Assembly (NCBI GenBank): GCA_009380045.1
Contig: WHSN01000001.1
Coordinates: 27,753-91,752, forward strand
Origin: Luteitalea sp.
GTDB lineage: Bacteria; Acidobacteriota; Vicinamibacteria; Vicinamibacterales; CAVVIG01
Reading direction: 5' to 3'
Length of the DNA: 64,000 nucleotides
In this document: in pieces, positions 60,057-64,000 of the stretch
How positions within the stretch are numbered: the stretch's first letter is position 1
Layout: each line of letters begins with the position of its first letter
Made by a program: the position numbers and the translations under genes
The notes under the pieces: generated by a model
Seen by the model: only the letters and a program-made list of their open reading frames with translations
Database searches by the model: none
Told to the model about the DNA's origin: nothing

Positions 60057-60233
60057 TGGACCATTCAACTTGCCTGCTGCCGCTGACCGTATGTGTTGTG
60101 AACGCAGGGGCTGACGCCCTTACCTGCCGTGGAGCCTAGATAGTTAGTCTGGCGGACTCGATGGCCCTGCGACGGCTCAGCGCCGGGCTGGCCCATCGCC
60201 ACGTGCGCATCGCGACCCGCCTTGTGAGATCAT

Positions 60234-60701
60234 TTGCTGATGCGGTCGAGAATCCAGGCAATCGTCCTCCCGTCAGAAGCTGGTGAGTTCGGCGATGAAG
60301 TGCACCGGATTTTCACCGAGCTCGGCCGGGCATCGGGCGAAGGTCTCACCGGTGAGTGTTCACCTGCCGTTGACATCTACGAGACCGATAACGCCGTTGA
60401 GATCACCATGGACCTGCCGGATGTCGATCGCGACTCGGTTCGCATCGTCGCCAAGGGGCAGACGATCGTCATCGCAGGGGAGAAAGCGCCCCGCCGGGGC
60501 CGGGGGGACTCGACCTTTCACCTGGTCGAGCGCGGTTACGGACGATTCGCTCGCGTCGTGCGCCTCACCTCCGCCTGCGATACCGGCCGTGCGCACGCGA
60601 CCCTAGTCAACGGCGAGCTGCGTGTCACGCTGCCCAGAATCTCGGAGCAGCGCGGCCGGACCCTCCGGATTGCGCTCGCAGACGGGCAGCCCGTCGCGTG
60701 A
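60234..60701 (+). CDS. Hsp20/alpha-crystallin small heat-shock protein
   Basis: ORF 60234..60701 may start at TTG 60234 or ATG 60240. It has an alpha-crystallin domain (AVDIYETDNAVEITMDLPDVDRDSVRIVAKG...FARVVRLTS...ATLVNGELRVTLP). Confidence 0.8.
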   Translation: MLMRSRIQAIVLPSEAGEFGDEVHRIFTELGRASGEGLTGECSPAVDIYETDNAVEITMDLPDVDRDSVRIVAKGQTIVIAGEKAPRRGRGDSTFHLVERGYGRFARVVRLTSACDTGRAHATLVNGELRVTLPRISEQRGRTLRIALADGQPVA

Positions 60702-61528
60702 TCCGCCTTCTCTTCATCGGCGACATCGTCGGCAAGCCTGGCCGTGAGCTGGTCAGGCGCGGACTCGCGTCGCTCGTCGACTATCACCAGATCGATCTGG
60801 TGATTGCCAACGCGGAGAACTCGGCCGCGGGCTTCGGCATCACGCGCGAGATCGGCGATCAACTGCTCGAATGGGGCGTTGACGTGATGACCTCGGGCAA
60901 CCACATCTGGGACAAGCGCGAGGCGATCGACTACATCGGCGCCGAGTCCCGGCTGCTGCGCCCGGCGAACTTTCCCGCCGGGGTGCCCGGCAACGGCAGC
61001 TACCTGGCGCGAACGAAACACGGCGCCTCGGTCGGCGTCGTCAACATCATGGGCCGCGTGTTCATGCTGAACATCGACGATCCGTTCGCCGTCGCGCTCC
61101 GTGAAATCGAGGCCATGCGCCAGCGCGCGCGTGTCATCTTCGTCGACTTCCACGCCGAGGCCACCTCGGAGAAGATGGCCATGGGGTGGCATCTGGACGG
61201 CAAGGTGACCGCGGTCGTCGGCACCCATACACACGTCCAGACGGCAGACGAGCGCATCCTTCCGAAGGGCACGGCGTACCTGACGGATGTGGGCATGACC
61301 GGTCCGCACGATTCGGTGATCGGCGTCGACATCCAAGCGGCGTTGGGGCGCTTCCTCACCGGCATGCCGGCACGGTTTGAAACCGCCACCGACAACCCGC
61401 GGCTGAACGCCGTCATCGTCGAAGCCGACGAGAAGAGCGGTCTCGCGCTCGATATCGAGCGGGTCAGCTACAGCCTCGACGAGCTCGTCGAGCTGCCGCG
61501 TCCGAGCGGCCAGCATGCGACCAACTGA
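60698..61528 (+). CDS. YmdB-like metallophosphoesterase (2',3'-cyclic-nucleotide phosphodiesterase family, TIGR00282-type)
   Basis: ORF 60698..61528 starts at GTG overlapping the hsp20 stop. The N-terminus is (M)IRLLFIGDIVGKPGR...VIANAENSAAGFGIT...TSGNHIWDK. Confidence 0.85.
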   Translation: MIRLLFIGDIVGKPGRELVRRGLASLVDYHQIDLVIANAENSAAGFGITREIGDQLLEWGVDVMTSGNHIWDKREAIDYIGAESRLLRPANFPAGVPGNGSYLARTKHGASVGVVNIMGRVFMLNIDDPFAVALREIEAMRQRARVIFVDFHAEATSEKMAMGWHLDGKVTAVVGTHTHVQTADERILPKGTAYLTDVGMTGPHDSVIGVDIQAALGRFLTGMPARFETATDNPRLNAVIVEADEKSGLALDIERVSYSLDELVELPRPSGQHATN

Positions 61529-61534
61529 AGGCTG

Positions 61535-63067
61535 ATGAGCGATCTCTTCGACTTGCCGTTCGAGGAGGAGGACGAGGACCTGGTCGTTGGTCCGTCGCCG
61601 CCGGTCGACGATGCTCGATCGTCGGTCGATGGTCCCGCGGCGGTGGCCGACCGGCCCGAGCCGCCGGTCGCCAGCCGATCGGCCGCTGACACTCCACCAC
61701 CTCGAGTCCCGCTGCCCCGACCTCCCGGAGCCGCGCGCCGTGTGCTCTCGGTGACTGAGCTTACCGTCGGCATCCGCGATCATCTCGAGGAGCGATTTTT
61801 CGAGGTCTGGGTCGAGGGTGAGCTGTCGAACTGTCGCCCGTGGAACACCGGCCACCTGTTCTTCACGCTCAAGGATGCTTCGTCGCAAGTGCGCGGGTTC
61901 ATGTTCAAGTCGGCGCTGCGCTACCTGAAGTTCAAGCCGGTGGACGGCTTGCGGGTGATCGCGCGCGGGAAGATCTCGGTCTACGAGCCGAAAGGCGAAT
62001 ATCAGATCGTCTGCGAGCACATGGAGCCGCACGGGCTCGGCGCGCTGCAACTCGCCTTCGATCAGCTCAAGAAGCGGCTCCAGGCCGAAGGGCTCTTCGA
62101 CTGGGCCCGCAAGCGGCCGCTTCCAGCCCTGCCACGGCGGATCGGGATCGTCACTTCTCTCGACGGAGCGGCAATCCGGGACATCATCAAGGTTCTGGGG
62201 CGTCGATACCGGAATGCCCACCTCGTGATCCGTCCGGCGCGTGTACAAGGCGACGGTGCGTCGGCCGAGATCGCCCGTGCCCTCAGGGCGATCGCGCGGG
62301 TGCCGGGGGTCGATGTCATCATTGTCGGCCGCGGCGGCGGATCCGTCGAGGACCTCTGGGCGTTCAACGACGAGGGCGTCGCTCGTGCGATCGCGGGGGC
62401 GCCGGTGCCGGTGATCTCGGCGGTTGGACACGAGAGCGACGTCACCATCGCCGATTTCGTGGCCGATCGCCGCGCGCCGACCCCCTCCGCTGCCGCCGAA
62501 ATCGTGGTTGCGGCCAAGGATGACTTCTGCGGACGGATCGACAGGCTGCAGGATCGTCTCCGCGCCGCGGCGCGAGGGCAGATCCAGGAGCTGAGCCGCC
62601 GGACGCATGTGCTCTCGGGGCGTCCCGCGCTCGGCGGCTTCCCTGCGCGCGTCGCGATGCGCGGCCGTCATGCGTCCGAATTGTCCCATGCGCTGGCGCG
62701 GCTGATCCGCGAGTCGCTGTCGTCGCGCGAACGAAGCCTTCTGCAGATTCGGTGGCGCCTCGAAGGCTGCGCCCTGGACCGACGCCTCGACGGGATCCGT
62801 TCACGCCTGGTCAGCGCCGACGGCAGGCTCCGCGCGGCAGCCGTGCGGCGCCATCACGATGCGGACGCGCAGCTGCGCGGCTGCGCGAGTCGTCTCGATG
62901 CGCTCAGCCCGCTGGCGGTCCTCGCCCGCGGCTACGCGGTGGCGTGGAACGAGGATCGCACCCGCGTGCTGCGGCACGCGTCCGGCGTCGCGCCCGGCGA
63001 CCGGGTCCTCGTCACGCTGGCGGACGGCGAGCTGGACTGCGACGTGCGCGACATCAAAGGGCGGTAG
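61535..63067 (+). CDS. xseA: Exodeoxyribonuclease VII large subunit
   Basis: In ORF 61535..63067 the conserved core starts at about residue 68 (LSVTELTVGIRDHLEERFFEVWVEGELSN). ATG 61535 gives a ~67-aa acidic/Pro-rich extension, and GTG 61742 is an alternative start. Confidence 0.9.
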   Translation: MSDLFDLPFEEEDEDLVVGPSPPVDDARSSVDGPAAVADRPEPPVASRSAADTPPPRVPLPRPPGAARRVLSVTELTVGIRDHLEERFFEVWVEGELSNCRPWNTGHLFFTLKDASSQVRGFMFKSALRYLKFKPVDGLRVIARGKISVYEPKGEYQIVCEHMEPHGLGALQLAFDQLKKRLQAEGLFDWARKRPLPALPRRIGIVTSLDGAAIRDIIKVLGRRYRNAHLVIRPARVQGDGASAEIARALRAIARVPGVDVIIVGRGGGSVEDLWAFNDEGVARAIAGAPVPVISAVGHESDVTIADFVADRRAPTPSAAAEIVVAAKDDFCGRIDRLQDRLRAAARGQIQELSRRTHVLSGRPALGGFPARVAMRGRHASELSHALARLIRESLSSRERSLLQIRWRLEGCALDRRLDGIRSRLVSADGRLRAAAVRRHHDADAQLRGCASRLDALSPLAVLARGYAVAWNEDRTRVLRHASGVAPGDRVLVTLADGELDCDVRDIKGR

Positions 63068-63109
63068 ACTAGGCGTGTGCTGGCGGTTGCCCTGAGACGC
63101 TTCTGACCG

Positions 63110-63352
63110 ATGGCCGACACTTCCATCAAGGATTTCGAGGGGGCGATCGCCGAGCTCGAAGGGATCGTCAAGAAGCTCGAGGAAGGCGACCTGCCGCTGG
63201 AACAGTCGCTCGGCCTGTACGAACGGGGCGTGCAGCTCTCGCGTTTCTGCCACGCCCGGTTGGAAGAGGCGGAACGGCGGATCGAGATCCTGACCGACCG
63301 TGGTGAGTTGAAGCCGGCGCCCGCCTCGCTCATCACCGATCCCGAACGCTGA
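63110..63352 (+). CDS. xseB: Exodeoxyribonuclease VII small subunit
   Basis: ORF 63110..63352 (FEGAIAELEGIVKKLEEGDLPLEQSLGLYERGVQLSRFCHARLEEAERRIEIL). Confidence 0.9.
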   Translation: MADTSIKDFEGAIAELEGIVKKLEEGDLPLEQSLGLYERGVQLSRFCHARLEEAERRIEILTDRGELKPAPASLITDPER

Positions 63353-63357
63353 CGCTC

Positions 63358-64000
63358 GTGGCTCGCGGCGACTCTCTGAGCGCGTTTCTCCAGGATGCAC
63401 GGGCGCGTGTCGACCGCGCACTGGACCAATATCTGCCGAAGCCGCCGGCCTGTCCGGCGCTGGTCGGCGATGCGATGCGGTACAGCCTCCACGCGGGGGG
63501 CAAGCGGCTGAGGCCGATCCTCGTCCTCGCGGCGGCGCATGCGGTATCGCTGAAGCTCGATCGCGGCGGGCCCGCCCGGGCAGCCGACAACACCGACCGC
63601 GGCGCCGATGCGCTCGCGCTGCCGGCCGCGTGTGCGGTCGAGTTCCTTCATACCTATTCGCTGATTCACGACGATTTGCCGGCCATGGACAACGACACGA
63701 TGCGGCGCGGCCGACCCACCCTTCACGTCGTCTACGGCGACGGCATCGCCATTCTCGCGGGTGACGCCCTTCAAGCGGAGGCGTTCGCGCTGCTGGCTCG
63801 CGAGCCCGCCTCCGATCGCCCGTTCATCGCCGCCCGCAAGCTTCACGCCTTGCGCGTGATCGCGGAGGCGGCGGGAGCCGTCGGCATGGTGGGAGGACAG
63901 GTGCTCGATCTGCAGGCGGCCGGGCAGGCGCCAGGGCACGCCCTGACGCTCGATGGCGACGCTCTCCAGTCGATGCACCAGCGCAAGACCGGCGCCCTGA
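63358..64000 (+). CDS. ispA: Polyprenyl (farnesyl/geranylgeranyl) diphosphate synthase, 3' end beyond window
   Basis: An open frame runs from GTG 63358 to the window end and is not in the ORF track because it has no stop. It carries GGKRLRPIL and the first DDxxD motif (LIHDDLPAMDNDTMRRGRPT). xseA-xseB-ispA is the classical gene order. Confidence 0.85.
   Translation, partial: MARGDSLSAFLQDARARVDRALDQYLPKPPACPALVGDAMRYSLHAGGKRLRPILVLAAAHAVSLKLDRGGPARAADNTDRGADALALPAACAVEFLHTYSLIHDDLPAMDNDTMRRGRPTLHVVYGDGIAILAGDALQAEAFALLAREPASDRPFIAARKLHALRVIAEAAGAVGMVGGQVLDLQAAGQAPGHALTLDGDALQSMHQRKTGAL

Overview
High-GC bacterial chromosomal segment. The gene content (a CarboxypepD_reg-type TonB-dependent receptor, many secreted peptidases, lipid A genes) suggests an Acidobacteriota-like diderm; this is inference only, no search was run. 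I call about 56 tightly packed protein-coding genes, many joined by ATGA/TGATG start-stop overlaps, and most are housekeeping or envelope functions. They include:
- Left part: AsmA-family (partial), a CarH-like B12/MerR regulator, YgjP-like hydrolase, SDR, DASS transporter, rmuC, a TonB-dependent receptor locus, CoA-transferase, ProX/YbaK, TSUP.
- Efflux and secreted proteins: an RND pump (MFP + permease) with a divergent WYL regulator, ABC exporter, M28 peptidase, DsbA-like lipoprotein, DUF4142, rhomboid, typA, FmdB, DPP-III-like peptidase, PQQ sugar dehydrogenase.
- Central metabolism and envelope: algH-like, queG, acnA, then a long minus-strand envelope block (S1/P1 nuclease, lpxD, M16 pair, lpxB, matrixin, beta-barrel).
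- Right part: ydjM-like, nfo, AMMECR1 + Memo, gatCA, a metallopeptidase + ATP-grasp pair, rpoZ-like, hsp20-dnaK, hsp20-ymdB-xseAB-ispA (partial).

I recognised no rRNA, tRNA, CRISPR array, transposase, integrase or known defence system, so I cannot point to a clear new multi-gene system. The points most worth a second look are:
1. A recurring family of low-GC short tandem repeat arrays (7-21 nt units) fills at least seven intergenic spacers. One forms a perfect 19-bp long-range inverted repeat over the start of the metallopeptidase/ATP-grasp operon. Another sits in the dnaK leader and carries repeated ATGs.
2. Two genes have in-frame tandem duplications of their last codons plus the stop codon.
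3. Two housekeeping genes carry frame-disrupting lesions. A 1-nt shift merges the DASS transporter with the SDR gene into one 800-aa ORF, and nfo lacks about 19 nt that encode the HLNDSK segment.
4. An orphan CarH-type photoreceptor-like regulator has its HTH helix 1 encoded upstream of the only ATG.

All family assignments come from reading the translations by eye.
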